A stretch of DNA of 64,000 nucleotides from Paraspadella gotoi (taxonomy: Eukaryota > Animalia > Chaetognatha): NCBI GenBank assembly GCA_051294375.1, contig CM119263.1, positions 11,695,130 through 11,759,129 on the forward strand. The letters are read 5' to 3'. Shown here in pieces: positions 1 through 12,747 of this stretch. How positions within the stretch are numbered: position 1 is the stretch's first letter; every line of letters starts with the position of its first letter. The position numbers and the translations under genes were made by a program. The notes beneath the pieces were generated by a model. The model saw nothing but the letters and a program-made list of their open reading frames with translations, ran no database searches and was not told the origin of the DNA.

Positions 1-1099
1 TCTCTCTGCGTCTCTCTGCTCTCTCCTCTTTCTCGTCCGTCGTCTCATCTTCTTCTCGTCCTCTCTCTCTCTCTCTCTCGTTCTCTGCTCTCTTCTCTCG
101 TCTTCTCTCGTCTCTGTTTGCTTCTCTCTACTGCTCGTGTCATCGGGACTCGGTTCTCTCGTGCGTCGGGTCGTCATTCTCGTCTCGTCTGCTCGTCTCG
201 GGCGTCTTTCGTCTTCTCTGTTTTCTCTCTCTCGTCTAGCGGCTGGTCGAGGCTCTCGTTGTCGTCTGTCAGGTTTCGTTGTGCTTCTCTCTCTCGTGCT
301 CTCTTCGGTCTCTCTCTCATCTCAAGTCTCTCTCTACGTTTGCTCTCTTCTCTCTGCTACTCCTCTTCTCTCTCGTCTAAGTGGTCTCTGTCAGCATGGT
401 CTTACGCCTTGCGTGTCAGTCTCGTCTGCCCCTCTCCTCTTCTCTCTCTCGTCGCTGCCCTCCGTGGTGCGCGTCAGTTTCTCTCTCTCTTCTCCCCTCT
501 CTAGTTCCTCTCAAGCCTTGTTCGGGATCTGCTTTTACACACTTATTTCACTCTCGTCTCTTCTACTCCGCTTTAGCCGGCTGCGGTGGATGTCTCACGG
601 GCTTCTCACGTCTGGGGAGGTTTTGGGTGGATTCTTTCGGAGTCTTTGGAGTGCGGAGTTTTGATTCGTTCGTTGTTCGTGCCGGTGGGTCGGCCGACAT
701 TGAATTCCCTTTCGCTCTGTTCATAAGCCCTCCATTTCCTTCGCCTTTGGATCTCTCTCTGCGTCTCTCTCCATCTCTCTCTCCTGTCCTCTCGATCGGA
801 GTCTCTCTTCGGTTCTCTCTATAGGTGCTCTCGTCTCGGGACGTCGTGCTCTCATCTGTCTGCCGTCTCTCATCTGTCTCGTCTCTCTGCTGTTCGGCAT
901 GGTCTCCGGGTGGGGTTCTGCGCGTTCTCCTTCATCTTCTCCGCGTGTCATGCTCTGAGATGCTCGTCTGCGTCTCTCTCGCAATCGCTTTGTTCCTATT
1001 ACGTCATCCCATCCTTCTCCTTGTCCCGTCGTGCGTTGTCGTGCGTTTGTGCTCGTGCTTTCGGCGCCGCGCTGCGGTGTGCTGCGCCTCTAGCGTTCC

Positions 1100-3780
1100 C
1101 CGCTTTCCATTCCCAGCTCCGGCCCGACTGGATGGTCTGGGTCGATTGCGGGGAGGCGCAGATAGCGTTGTTGAAGTCAAAGAATGGCGCTCGAGAGTTG
1201 TGCCGAGCGAGAGCGGTGCCACGTTAAGGCGCGTCTCGCTCGGCGCACTCGCGCCGGCTGCTCGCCAGCTAGCGCTGGCCGGCCCGGTGTCAGCGGTGGG
1301 GCATCCTTCTCGCGTTCAATCTCCTCAGGAGTCTTTCTCGCTCAGTTCTCCCGCTTTCTTGCCTTATGGCTCCTCTCGCCGTCGCTGCTAGGATACCCTT
1401 TGACCTGCTCGAATACGTGAGGGTCTTCTGTGTAGACCGGTGCCCGTTTGTCGGTCCGATGGTGTTAAATCTGTTAGGATGTCGACTGCTCGCACGTGGT
1501 AGGACTGATATGGAAGTTGATGTCGGTTTATGGATTTTCCAGTTTTTCCTACTCGGCCCAAGGATTTTTTGGTGCCAGGAGCCGACCACGAAAAATCCAA
1601 CGGGCGTTTATATTTCGCTCTTCGTTTTCCGTTCGTGCTGTGTTGTTCTTCGTGTCTTGTTCTTAATTGTGAGTGTTCTGGGTGTTATGCTTTTGTTCCT
1701 TTTCTTTCTCTGGTGGTTCGGGTACGGGACAGAAGGCGGTGGTATTATGTAGACGGGAGGAGGATCGTGGCGAAAAGGAACAGTCTTTCCTTATCTGTGT
1801 CTTGTGCTTTAGTCTTTAGTTAGGATGGTCCTTTTTCTGCTTGTCATTGATCTTTCTTGCGTCTTTCTTACGATCTTGGTCTTGTTCTTGTCTTAGATGT
1901 CTTGTCGGTTATCGTGGAGGTCTTGTCCTTTGGTCTATAGTCTGTATGGTTCTTTCTTTCTTGGTAGAGCGTACCAGAGTGGTGTGAATTCCGCGTGGCT
2001 GGCAGCGAATCTAAAAACGTACGAGTTCACGCAGCCCGTGGCGAACATTTTCCTTTGCTTCTGATGAAGCAGAAATTTCGGTTTGTTTGCTCTCTTTATC
2101 TTTGAGATTGTCGCCGTTTGATCCTGGGCCCGCCTTCCTGCTCTATAACCATACTCTTTCCCGCGGAAGTGGCCAGGCCTGAGCTTAGTGATATGAGCAG
2201 CCAGGGTGAAGAGGGCGTGCTTGGTGCTCAGGCATTGGATGCCGCGCGGTCGGCCGGCCGTTCCAGCAGACCGGATGTACTCGCGCCCATGGGTCCAGGC
2301 TGTGTCGAGTAGGCGTTGTCCGTGGAATGTGGCGTTCTGTGAGCGCAGTTATGATGAATTGTGATGGCGTGAGTGGATCGAAGTGAACTTCTTCTAATGT
2401 TGGCCTCGACGCGACTGCGGAGGGCGGAGCGAACGGTGGTCGGGAGGGAAAGCTCCTTGGAGGCGGGTGGTTTCCAGCCCGCCGAACAGGGTAGATGAAA
2501 GAACGGCGCTTGAGATTGTTGTTCTTTTTGCTTCTTTTTCAGAGAACGGCCATCTGTTCTCGCGAGGACTCGGGGTACGAGATGCCTTGGGAGTGATGTG
2601 GGTATGGCAGGGGAAGTGATTGGGGAAAACATCAATAAGGAGTGGAAATTTGAAAGGGAATGCAACAATGGAAGGATGTAATGTTTTGTTTTAGATAAAG
2701 AACAGTAGTCCTTTGGGTAGGGCTGAATGGAAGAGGGACCTGCTCGTTATGGTGCATGAACATGGCATGTCAAGCAACTGAGATCAGGTAATGTACATTA
2801 AGCGAACACGCAGTACGTGTCTGGGGCCGGGCGTCACGAGGAATACGGTGATGGGGGCATTGTAGATAAGGGAGAAACGCAGTAAAGAGGATAACAGAGA
2901 GGGACAAGTAGACGAGCGATGTAGGTAGGACGGGAACGCATGTCGGTGACGGTTTTTATTGAGGGGCGATGGAGAGGAAGTAGAGAAAATGGGAATGGGC
3001 GAAGGTGCGGGATCGGCGAGAGTGGGAAGCGTAGGGTGAGGAAGAGGCGGGGTGTCAACGTTGTAGATCCGAGTGCGTCGAGATAGGAGGTTTTGAGCGA
3101 AACGTTGATGAAAAAAAAGAGGGAGGAGAGAAGGGAACATAGTAGAGTGAGAAAGAAGAGGGTGAAGAAGGGGGAAAAGAGATAAAGAAGGTAATGAAAA
3201 AGAGCAGAGAAAAACAGAAAAAAAAAGACAGAAATGGGAAAGTGAAATTACAAAGTGTATGAAAGAGAAAAAGAATAAAGGAAGACCGCGGGACGGCGGT
3301 AAAGAAGTAGGAGCTGAGGAAAGCTGTGCAACGGATCTTTCTTCTCTGTATTGCGAATAAGAGCTTTAAACAAGCGTGAATGGTCTTACAGAGATACTCG
3401 GTCAAAGGTGCAGTCCACGGGCTTTTAGATTTCGTTAGCGATCGTCCAAAAGATCTATTTACGACGATACAAAATATATGAAAAATTTGAAAAGATTACT
3501 TGTTTACTGCCTTTGCGTTATAAAATCATAGGAAGTTAAATATATTTAAGATATATATTAGAAATTTAATTTCTTGGGTTTATTTCTTGGTAGAGACTTG
3601 CGCGGCGTTCTCTTCTATAATTTAAAATATAAAATTGCATAATAGTAGCAACACGTAATTTTCGACTAATTAATTGAACAATTCACAACACAACGCAAAA
3701 AATCCTGTGATAAATTACTCAGAAAAAATTGTTTTCGTGTGCTTATAATTTTTATAAATGAATACTTGGAATGTTTTAAT
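1100..3780. other. Insertion-riddled tandem copy of 3780-5540 (probable raw long-read gap fill), including a garbled copy of chitinase exon 2 at ~2170-2650
   Basis: Collinear with 3780-5540 (3420-3760 is almost identical to 5205-5535; 1310-1460 matches 3890-3990) but lengthened about 1.5-fold by scattered small insertions. Confidence 0.8.
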
Positions 3781-4125
3781 CATTCCAGCTCCGCCCACTC
3801 ATTGCGCCAAAGCGTTGAATCAAAATGCGCTTCCGACACGTGCCCGCCGCTCCGCCGCTCCGCCACTGCCCCCCCCCACTCCTGTCTCCTTTCAATCTCC
3901 TCAGTCTTTCTCTCTTCTCCCCTTTCTTCCTCCTCCCTCCTCTAACCTTTGACCTGTGAACGAGTCTCTTACCGTCCCGTCGGTCCTAACAGTCACCCCA
4001 TATAATCGTTATCGATTTCAGTTCTCCCCAAGGATTTTTTGTCAAGGCCGACCACGAAATCCAACGCGTTTATCCGTTCTGTCTGTCTGTCTGTCTTTCT
4101 TTTAATTCCTTTTTCTTTCTTTCTC

Positions 4126-4213
<88 letters not shown>

Positions 4214-4347
4214 GGTAGACGTCAGATGGTGTGATCCCGTGGCTGCACGAATCAAAACCGATTCACCCCCACATTTTCTTCTTTCTGATGAGCAGAAATT
4301 TCGTTGTTTCTTTCTCTTTATTTCCTTTCCCCCCTTTCCTCTCTTAC

Positions 4348-4625
4348 CACTCTGAGCTTTTGAATGAGCACGGTGAAGGCGTGCTTGTGCTCAGGCTTGG
4401 ATCCCCGGTCGCCGCCCACGCCCGGATACTCCCAGTCCATGTCGAGTCCGTCGAATTGGTTCTTGCGCAGAAATTTGATGGAGTGATCGATGAACTTCTT
4501 CATGTTGGCCTCGGAGGCGACGACGTCGGAGAAGCCCTTGGAGGCGTGGTTCCACCCGCCGACGGAGATGAGAACCTTGAGATTGGTGTTCTTCTTCTTC
4601 AACGCCATCGTTCGCTCGTACATGC
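4348..4625 (-). CDS. GH18 chitinase, coding exon 2 (catalytic motif)
   Basis: Acceptor ccaag|GC restores Gly in phase with exon 1. Encodes LKVLISVGGWN and FDGLDMDWEYP (intact DxxDxDxE). Donor GTG|GTAAGA at 4347. Later exons are not recognisable in the noisy sequence to the left. Confidence 0.93.
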
Positions 4626-5840
4626 CTTGGATTTGGAAGGGAATTGATCAAAGGATGAATTGAGGAATCAATGAAGGATGTAATTTTTGTTTTAATAAAA
4701 AATAGCTTGGGTAGCTAATAAGACTCTAGTCCATACACATCAAACTTGAACAGTAATAATAACAGCGTCGTCTCCGGTAAGGACGGTGATGCATTTAGAA
4801 AGGAAAACGTAAAAGAAAACAAGGACGTAAACGATGACGACCATCGGGACGTTTTTGAGGAGAGTAGAAAATGGGAAGCGAAGTGCGGGACGCAGATGGC
4901 AACGTAGGGGAGAAGCGGTCACGTGATCCAGTCGAGATAAGTTGACGACAGTTGAGAAAAAGAAGGAGAGAGGAAAAGTGAGAAGAAAGGAAAAGGGGGG
5001 AAAAGGAGATAAAAGGTAATAAAAAGACAGAGAAAAACAGAAAAAAAAACAGAAAGGGAAAGTGAAATTACAAGTTATGAAAGGAAAAGAAAAAGGAGAC
5101 GCTGACGCGGTAAAAGGAGCTGAGGAAACGTTCAACGTCTTTCTTCTCTTATTCGAAAGACGCTTTACAAGCGTGATGTCTTCAAATATCGTCAAAGGTC
5201 GTACGGCTTTTAGATTTCGTTAGCGATCGTCCAAAAGATCTATTTACGATACAAAATATATGAAAAATTGAAAGATTACTTGTTTACTGCCTTTGCGTTA
5301 TAAAATCATAGAAGGTTAAATATATTAAGATATATATAAAATTTAATTTCTAGGTTTATTTCTTGGTAGACTTGCGCGGCGTTCTCTTCTATATTTAAAA
5401 TATAAAATTGCATAATAGTACACGTAATTTCGACTATTAATTGAACAATTCAACAAACGCAAAAAAATCCTGTGATAAATTACTCAGAAAAAAATTGTTT
5501 TCGTTTGCTTATAATTTTTATACAAATGAATATTATGTTTTAAAATCGAACTGGAAAAACATTTTTTAATCTTAAACATTAAGTTTTGGTGAAGTAAAAA
5601 AGGCCGTTAAAAAAGGTAGGACAAATGAACTAAAATTCTACGACACGAACGAAAAGTGAGTTTGACTTAACTTCTAAGTCTAAATCTACCTAAATTTTGA
5701 TGATTTTTAGTAAGGAAAATAAGTGAGATTAAAAGAGTCTAAAATACCAATTTCATAAAATACCAATTTCATAAAATTCAGCTCCTTGTATTTTGATGCT
5801 AGTGCGGAGTACAATATAGTATTCCCCGATCTAATACTTA

Positions 5841-6100
5841 AGGGAGTGGTCTTTTCATACAATTGAAACATTCTTTGAAATAATATACCACTTCATTGAT
5901 AGGGAAGCCAGGTTCACTGGGAGTGAATAAATAAGACTGTGAGAGAGTCTTGATTGAAAGCTTGCAGAAACCTGCTATGTTATTATCTTGTAAGTGTGAT
6001 GGAGGCCTTAAACGACCAAAGCCTGTCCAAAGTCAGGGACAAGATCGCTTATTTATTAAATGAATGGATAATTTTTATATTGGTTGTACCAATTTCATAA
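5841..6100 (+). repeat. ~260-bp interspersed repeat, copy 1 (chitinase intron)
   Basis: agggagtggtc...gggaagccagg...aaagcctgtccaaa...ggttgtaccaatttc recurs at 6891-7111 and 9190-9433. Confidence 0.9.
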
Positions 6101-6192
6101 GTGAGATATTAAGCGTCGACATATCTTTCACACCCTCAGTATACAAAATTCGAAAAGCAACCTCTCCTTCAAAGCCTGACCAAACTGCACAC

Positions 6193-6430
6193 CTTTCATC
6201 CAGGGTTCGGACATGTCATTCCACTCGAAGGGATGGAGAATGCCGCCCGAAATCTTGGCGAAAGCGTACATGATGTGGGTGCAGAGGCTGACGTCGATGT
6301 CCTCGGGGTAGAATTTGGCTCCAGCGGGGCGGTACTGCGCCCAGTTGGTGTAGTAACAGACCATCTTCATTTCCGCCGCCGCAGCGACGATGAGCGTCGC
6401 CGCCAGCAGCCCAAGAGTCCAGGAACGCAT
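6193..6430 (-). CDS. GH18 chitinase (CHIA/CHIT1-like), coding exon 1 with signal peptide
   Basis: MRSWTLGLLAATLIVAAAA (signal peptide), then KMVCYYTNWAQYRP...IDVSLCTHIMYAFA...PFEWND, the classic animal GH18 N-terminus. Phase-1 donor G|GTGTGC at 6192. Confidence 0.93.
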
Positions 6431-6512
6431 CTTCGTGGGGATTTGAGATCGACGATCGAAAAACAGAGATCGCAAGGCGAGAAGTCGAGTTCAGAAGCGA
6501 GGAACTCGTGGA

Positions 6513-6519
6513 TTTTATA
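6513..6519 (-). promoter_or_regulatory. Candidate TATA box of the chitinase gene
   Basis: TATAAAA on the minus strand about 85 bp upstream of the ATG at 6430. Confidence 0.4.
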
Positions 6520-6628
6520 CTGAGGCCGCCTCAATGGTCGCATTGTGTTTTGGGAGAGTAAGAGTGCGGGAGAGACACTTTTCCACAACTGTCGGATTGT
6601 AATGTTTTGTCTTTATCAGGTAAAAGGC

Positions 6629-6708
<80 letters not shown>

Positions 6709-6890
6709 GGTTGTGATTACGCCATATCGATTGACAAGTTGCGAAGAAAAATAAACCGACAATTGTTTTATTTTCTTTTATATTGTTATCAAAATTTTTT
6801 TTGTTTCGGGAAAAAAGTAAAAAGTTGGTGATCACGCGCTTCTCTCCTCGCCCTTTGGACCCACAAAAAAGTAAGAAAAAAAACTTAAAT

Positions 6891-7111
6891 AGGGAGTGGT
6901 CTCTTTATACAATTGAAACATTCTTTGAAACATTATACCACTTCTTTGATAGGGAAGCCAGGTACTCTGGGAGTGAATAAAGGAGACTGTGAGAGAGTCA
7001 CGTCGGAGTGATGGAGGCCTTAAATTACCAAAGCCTGTCCAAATTCAGGGGCAAGCTTGCTTATTTATTCAAGAATGGATAATTTTTATATTGGTTGTAC
7101 CAATTTCATAA
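6891..7111 (+). repeat. Interspersed repeat, copy 2 (internally shortened)
   Basis: Same ends as copy 1; lacks the ttgattgaaagcttgcag...tcttgtaag segment. Confidence 0.9.
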
Positions 7112-7923
7112 ATTTTAAAAAAGACAACCGACTTTAAATTCCTTAAAAGAAGAAAAACTAAAAGATGCAGTCAGATGTTAAAACGAGACTACCTAGCATT
7201 TGCTTATTACTAAAACCAAAAATGTTACCGTCTAATTTAAAATTTTATTTTTAGTATATAGAATTTGGGACTTTTTAATTCATTTAACATCCTACTAATA
7301 TATATATTTTTAACTTCTTTAGGTTGAAATACCGACCGACCAGAAAGTTTTTGATTGTCGAAACTGAAAACCAAATTGTCACGAAAATATTGTTCTGAAA
7401 AGTTTATATTCTCTTTAAAACAGAAAAACAAATTGTAAATTTTCGTTTAACAAAGCGTACTGCAAAAATCCGTTCAAACAGTTAACCTCGGTCAAACCAA
7501 TTGACCTCACTTTCAACCTTTCCCTCGATTGTTTTGCTCTTTCTCTTCGTGGTCAATTTTTATTTAAGATAAAACTCTCTCGATGACGAGTGTAACTCTA
7601 AAAATTAGGTAGAATAGTGCACAGGGAATGACTTTACATTGATAATTAATAGTTCATGGATTAATAATCTGTACAAAATAAAATTCTGACGTCTAAAAAG
7701 ATCAGACAATTCACTCGTGAAATACTTGAAGTAGCGGATTAAATGCTCGATATCGGTCCACCTGACAAATTCCCAAACTTTATCGATATAAATTCCCCAC
7801 ACAAAAAAAAATCAGACAATACATAAAATCTACATAAATGGATAGTCGAGTATGTTGCTAACAAATACTTAAAAGATGGTACAAATCTAATAAATTTGTA
7901 TGTAATAAAAACATCTTCAACGT

Positions 7924-10900
7924 TTAACCCTGTGACACAGTATGCTCGAGGACCGATTTCGATTCGCACACAAACCAGGAGAGATTGTGACATTCGGCAG
8001 AAAGCTCCCGTATTTTGGCAACAGAGTTGTTCGTGGGTCGAGAATACGAAATGCGAGTGCAGGATTTGTCGAATGGCTCGTCAGTGCAGGAAACGCGAGC
8101 GGCGATGCGGTCAGCATAACGATAATAATTTGAGCCTGGTCTCGAACAGAGCCCAGTCGTTTCATGATCGCAGTCCTCCAGTCTCGTCTCGTCCCCTTCA
8201 CACTTGACGTTGTGCATTGAAATCTCTTTGTCGTGACTCACGGCTACAGTATCCGCCGTCAAAGCATCCGAAAACCCCAATTCTCTGTGGAAAAGTTTTA
8301 CTTTAGCTAGACTTAAATAATTTATTTATATATTTATATATCTATTAAAACTTCGTTTTCTTCAGTTTTTATTGTTTTTATTATTTTGTAAGTCTATGAA
8401 CCTGCAATAAACTTTGGCGTTGGTCTCGGACCATTCATTTCCACAAACATATCGCCCGTTGTTCATAACAAATCTTTTTAATGAAGCAGTATTTTTAGGT
8501 GCACTGCCCCCGGGTTGACTTGGTAACATAAATAACCACCAATAAGCCTTAAAAGATTAAACAGAAAATAAATAATTTATAATAAAAAAAATTGTTCAAA
8601 ATTCTCACTATTGGTCTCCCATTGGAATATTCCGCCAAAAGCTTTTCGAATTCACTCTTTTGTTCATCGTAAATTTGCGCGAGCGATCCTCCGAAATTTT
8701 TCTGGCAGTAATCTCTCGCTTCCTCGATCGGTACTTGGAGCTGCACGAAGTTGTAGCACATTTTAAAGGTGATGGTGAAGCCGGCGGGGTCGTACTCTGT
8801 GGTTATACACCGTTCCGCCGTTTCGCTCTTCTCCATATCGAGAACGACGGAACCATTGGACGGAATCTCGCAGAGAAACTTGTTCCATGCGGCGCAAGAG
8901 TCTCGCTCCCAAGAATAACCGTTGACGAGGTTTTCCGACAGCAACGCGCAGGCGGGAGCCGTGCTTCGCGGAAGATTTGGCTTCCAGTCGGTGAAACCGC
9001 CGGATAATTCGCTGGCGTCGTCTAACCAATTCCAGACCCCGGATTCCGGGTCTTTTCTGGCCCCTATCCACCACTTGTCCTTGTGGGAGATCATCGATAA
9101 AATGTCGTCGTTTTCAGCGGCAGAATTTAACTGTTTAAGAGTTTTTAAGATTAGAAAAAAAATATATTGTATTTTATCACCTTTTCATATTTTCATACAA
9201 TTGAAACATTCTTTGAATATTATACCACTTCATTGATAGGGAAGCCAGGTACTCTGGGAGTGAATAAACGAGACTGTGAGAGAGTCTTGATTGAAAGCTT
9301 GCAGGGACCTGCTATGTCATTATCTTGTAAGAGTGATGGAGGCCTTAAACCACCAAAGCCTGTCCAAAGTCAGGGGCAAGATAGCTTATTTATTAAATGA
9401 ATGGATAATTTTTATATTGGTTGTACCAATTTCTATATATATATATATACAGACAAGATTATAAAGTTTCTGAAGCTTCTCCGAGAGGAAAAGATAAGCA
9501 ATATACTGCTTGACATAGTAAACTTTAGTAAATCAAGATTTTTTTCACAGACCTGTGCCAAATAGCCGCCCCGCTCTTTGCAAAAGACCCTGGCCTTGGC
9601 CCATGGATAGGGCGTATTGACGAAGATGTAAGTAGCGTTGGTAACGGAGCTTGTCAGGCTAAACGAGTCCACTGCCGGTTCGGGATCAGGTGGTGGCCGG
9701 ATATTTTCGGAATATGAGTTGGCCTCGCAGACGAACCGGAAGTCCGATTCGCAGGGGACCGTCGCCCACTCCTCTCCTTGAGAAATGACGCATTCTTCAT
9801 TCGGAATCCAGAATCGTTCTTCTCCGCCCACCCAGTTAGAATAGACGAGTTCCCTTCCCGATTCGTTCCAGTGAGCGAGGCCAGTCTCGCGATTCACCCT
9901 GGCTCCGATCCAGAACGGAGAATCATTGACTTCGTTTGTCGTCATCTCGGACGAGTCGAGCGCGTACTTTAAGTATTCCATCTCAACTAGACTCTCGATC
10001 TGCGCCAAATGGCCGCCGATCAACCGGCAATACTTGACCGCCTCGTCGAAACTCGTTCTCCGCCGACTCACGAAGTAGCAGCTGGTCCAGTAAGCGGTGG
10101 GGCCGACGAGCTGGAACCCAGCCGAGTTACGTCGCGGACACGAGAAGTTAGGGTTTTTATAGTTTTGATGTTTCATCAGGTCTCTTATTTCGACCACAGC
10201 ATCCGCGATGGTTTTGACTTGATCGAGGAAGACGGAATCCGAAGATGATGACGACGAGGACGACGAGGACGAGGACGAGGACGACGACGACGACGAATTT
10301 CCTTGAGAAATGTTGGAAAATTCCTCAAGTGACTCCACCAATTTTCGAAGGCCCAAATTTCCAATTTTCGGCTTAAAAAAGTCGACGATCGCCGTCGACG
10401 CCCGAACCATCGCTCCATAAACATTTACCACTGCTTCGACCTGACCCAAGTTGTTTATCTCCGATTCGGCGACGCTTTGACGGAGCAGGAACATCATCTC
10501 CTCTTCAGAAAGGTTGCGCGGTGAGTTGAGCTGAGTCAGCATTTCAGCTTCGGAGGCGTTGATCGGGGGAAAGAGATGGGACGACAAATCGGACACGTTC
10601 GTCAGGGGACCCAGATCCGTCAAAGGCTCCACATCCGGGTCGTTCTTTTGAGCCAATTTGGTTAGCATCGAGGAGGCGTTAAGGAGGAAGGACAAATCGT
10701 CGAGGGTCATGTTCATTTCGGGTTCGTCGAACGTTCCGCGCTTATTCCTCACTCGTCTCTCTTGACCAACCGTGCCCGCATCCGGCGACGGGCGTTTGTC
10801 CACGCAGGTTGTCTTCCTATCCATGGTAACGAAGAAGAGCTGAGCGGCAATGACGAGCAGCAGCAAAGCAACGCTCGTCAGCAGCGCCACCAGAATTTTC

Positions 10901-10977
10901 AGCAACCGCAGCAGGTTGGCAACGAATCGCGTTTCCACGTCGTCGTCGGACGTAAACGAGGATTTCGTCAACGCCAT
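7924..10977 (-). CDS. Type II membrane protein with three C-type lectin-like domains and an SRCR domain; exons 10977-9553, 9130-8609, 8547-8402, 8284-7924
   Basis: N-terminal TM anchor LLKILVALLTSVALLLLVIAAQLFFV, furin-like RVRNKR and poly-Ser. CTLD1 CYFV..C..GGHLA..FWIG..C..C..FVCE; CTLD2 C..GGYLAQ|LNS..WWIG..C..C..FLCE; CTLD3 CYNF..C..GGSLA..YWWL; SRCR YVCGNEWSETNAKVYCRELG..NVKCEGDETRLEDC..C..ARVSC. All junctions GT-AG and phase-compatible. Confidence 0.88.
9190..9433 (+). repeat. Interspersed repeat, copy 3 (lectin intron 1), followed by (TA)n
   Basis: Near-identical to copy 1 from tttcatacaattgaaac to ttgtaccaatttc. Confidence 0.9.
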
Positions 10978-11342
10978 CGTCGGACAATATGGAAACGAAT
11001 AAAGTTTAAACTGAAAAAAAAAACACTCGGATTTGAGAAAGGGGAAGACCGTAGAAGAAAAAGAATATAATTGAAATGTTTGAGAGGCAAAACTAAAGAA
11101 AAAGATCGGACGGCGACCGAGTTTCGGCTAATTTAATCCGAGAAATAAGATTTTAAAAGTTCAACTCGCGCAGAAAAAAAAAACTTTTGAGAAAACATAG
11201 TATTATTAATAAAAAAAATTATTTTGTAATTTCTGAGAAGTCTGGAGGTCAACATGATTTAGAAACGGAAATTCTAATTTTCTCCTTGACTTGCGAGTCA
11301 GTTAGTGGAAATTGATACGAAAAAAAAACTGGTAACAAGGAT

Positions 11343-11467
<125 letters not shown>

Positions 11468-11470
11468 TAG

Positions 11471-11672
11471 ACGGACGTCAGCTTGGAATTCTTCGGCGTG
11501 ATTCGCTTCTATTTCCAAGACGCCGGCGCCAAAGTCGCCACGAAATGTATTCGCGTCTCCTCCAACGCTACTGCCAACTCCGTCGTCGACACCCTCATTG
11601 AGAAGTTCAGGCCGGACATGAAAATGCTTTTCATGAAGGACTACTTTCTATACGAGGTTCACGCCGTCGGAG
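11471..11672 (+). CDS. AFDN: Afadin (AF-6/canoe) exon, RA1 domain N-part
   Basis: [45 protein letters not shown] closely matches afadin RA1. Preceded by a (CT)n tract and AG; donor G|GTGAG. Confidence 0.95.
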
Positions 11673-11801
11673 GTGAGAATATATAAAGCAATCGATCAAT
11701 GAATCAATCAAGGAATCAACCAATAAATCAATAAATAAATCAATAAATCAATCATTGAATTAATTAATTAATTAATTAATTAATTAATGAATGACTCAAT
11801 C

Positions 11802-11856
<55 letters not shown>

Positions 11857-12274
11857 TAACTCTTAAATAAATAATTTAATCAATCCTCAATGATTCCATC
11901 ATTGTCCAATTTATTATTAAATTGAGGATTATTTCAATTAATCAATCTATTAATTAATAAATATTCTCAGAGTGAGCTTCACGTGAATGATTTCTCCTTT
12001 CCATCTTCTTATTCTTGATCTCGTGATTTCTTTTCCTTCTCAAAGTTACGCTCGACTTTTCCGGGAAATTAAACCTTCTGAGTTCTCTCTTCGATTCATT
12101 ACTCTTACATTAAATTTATGGTCCTAACCATCAATCAACCGCCGGGAAAATCGGTTCTATCACCCGCCGGCCGTCAAACCCGATGGATTTAATCACCCAC
12201 TGATGGTATTGGTTCAATCACCCGCTAATGGAACCCGCTTATGGAACCGATCGATCACTCCCCCCGATCTCCAG

Positions 12275-12387
12275 AGGAGCGAAGGTTGGACGACAACGAG
12301 CGACCGCTTTTGTGTCAACTGATGTGGAACAAAAATGACCGAGAAGGAAGATTCCTCCTTAAAGCGGAGAACGACAAAACCCAAGGA
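12275..12387 (+). CDS. AFDN: Afadin exon, RA1 C-part
   Basis: EERRLDDNERPLLCQLMWNKNDREGRFLLKAEND. Acceptor ccag|, donor |GTGAGT, phase 1 to 0. Confidence 0.95.
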
Positions 12388-12747
12388 GTGAGTTTCTCAT
12401 TTCCTTTTCTTCGTTTTTTTTTTTCTTTCTCTTTTTTCTTTCTTCTCTTTCTTTCTTTTATTTGCTTTCTTTTCTTTGCTTTCTTTTCTTTCTTTCTTTC
12501 TTTCTTTCTTTTCTTTGCTTTCTTTTCGTTTCTTTTCTTTTCTTTGCTTTCTTTTCTTTCCTTTCTTTCTTTCTTTCTTACCCTATCCCTATCCTTTCCC
12601 GTGTACCTCGCCGTTTCCTTTAAACCCTGATGGGAGCCTTAATGAGGAAAAGGAGGCGGAGAAAAAGAAGCAAATTGGTCAAAGCGCCATTAGCAGTTTA
12701 CGTAATCCCCTACCTCCCTTTCCCCTTATATGATGCACCATTATGAT

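Noticed and set aside
1-1100. Ser/Leu-rich ORFs at the window start
   Set aside because: Translations of noisy (CT)n low-complexity sequence.
9433-9552. C-terminal hydrophobic tail of the 514-aa ORF as a second TM segment
   Set aside because: It is intron read-through past the CAG|GT donor at 9552; CTLD2 continues in the next exon.
12130-12260. Repeated atcacccgc motifs before an afadin exon
   Set aside because: A short degenerate minisatellite with no evidence of function.
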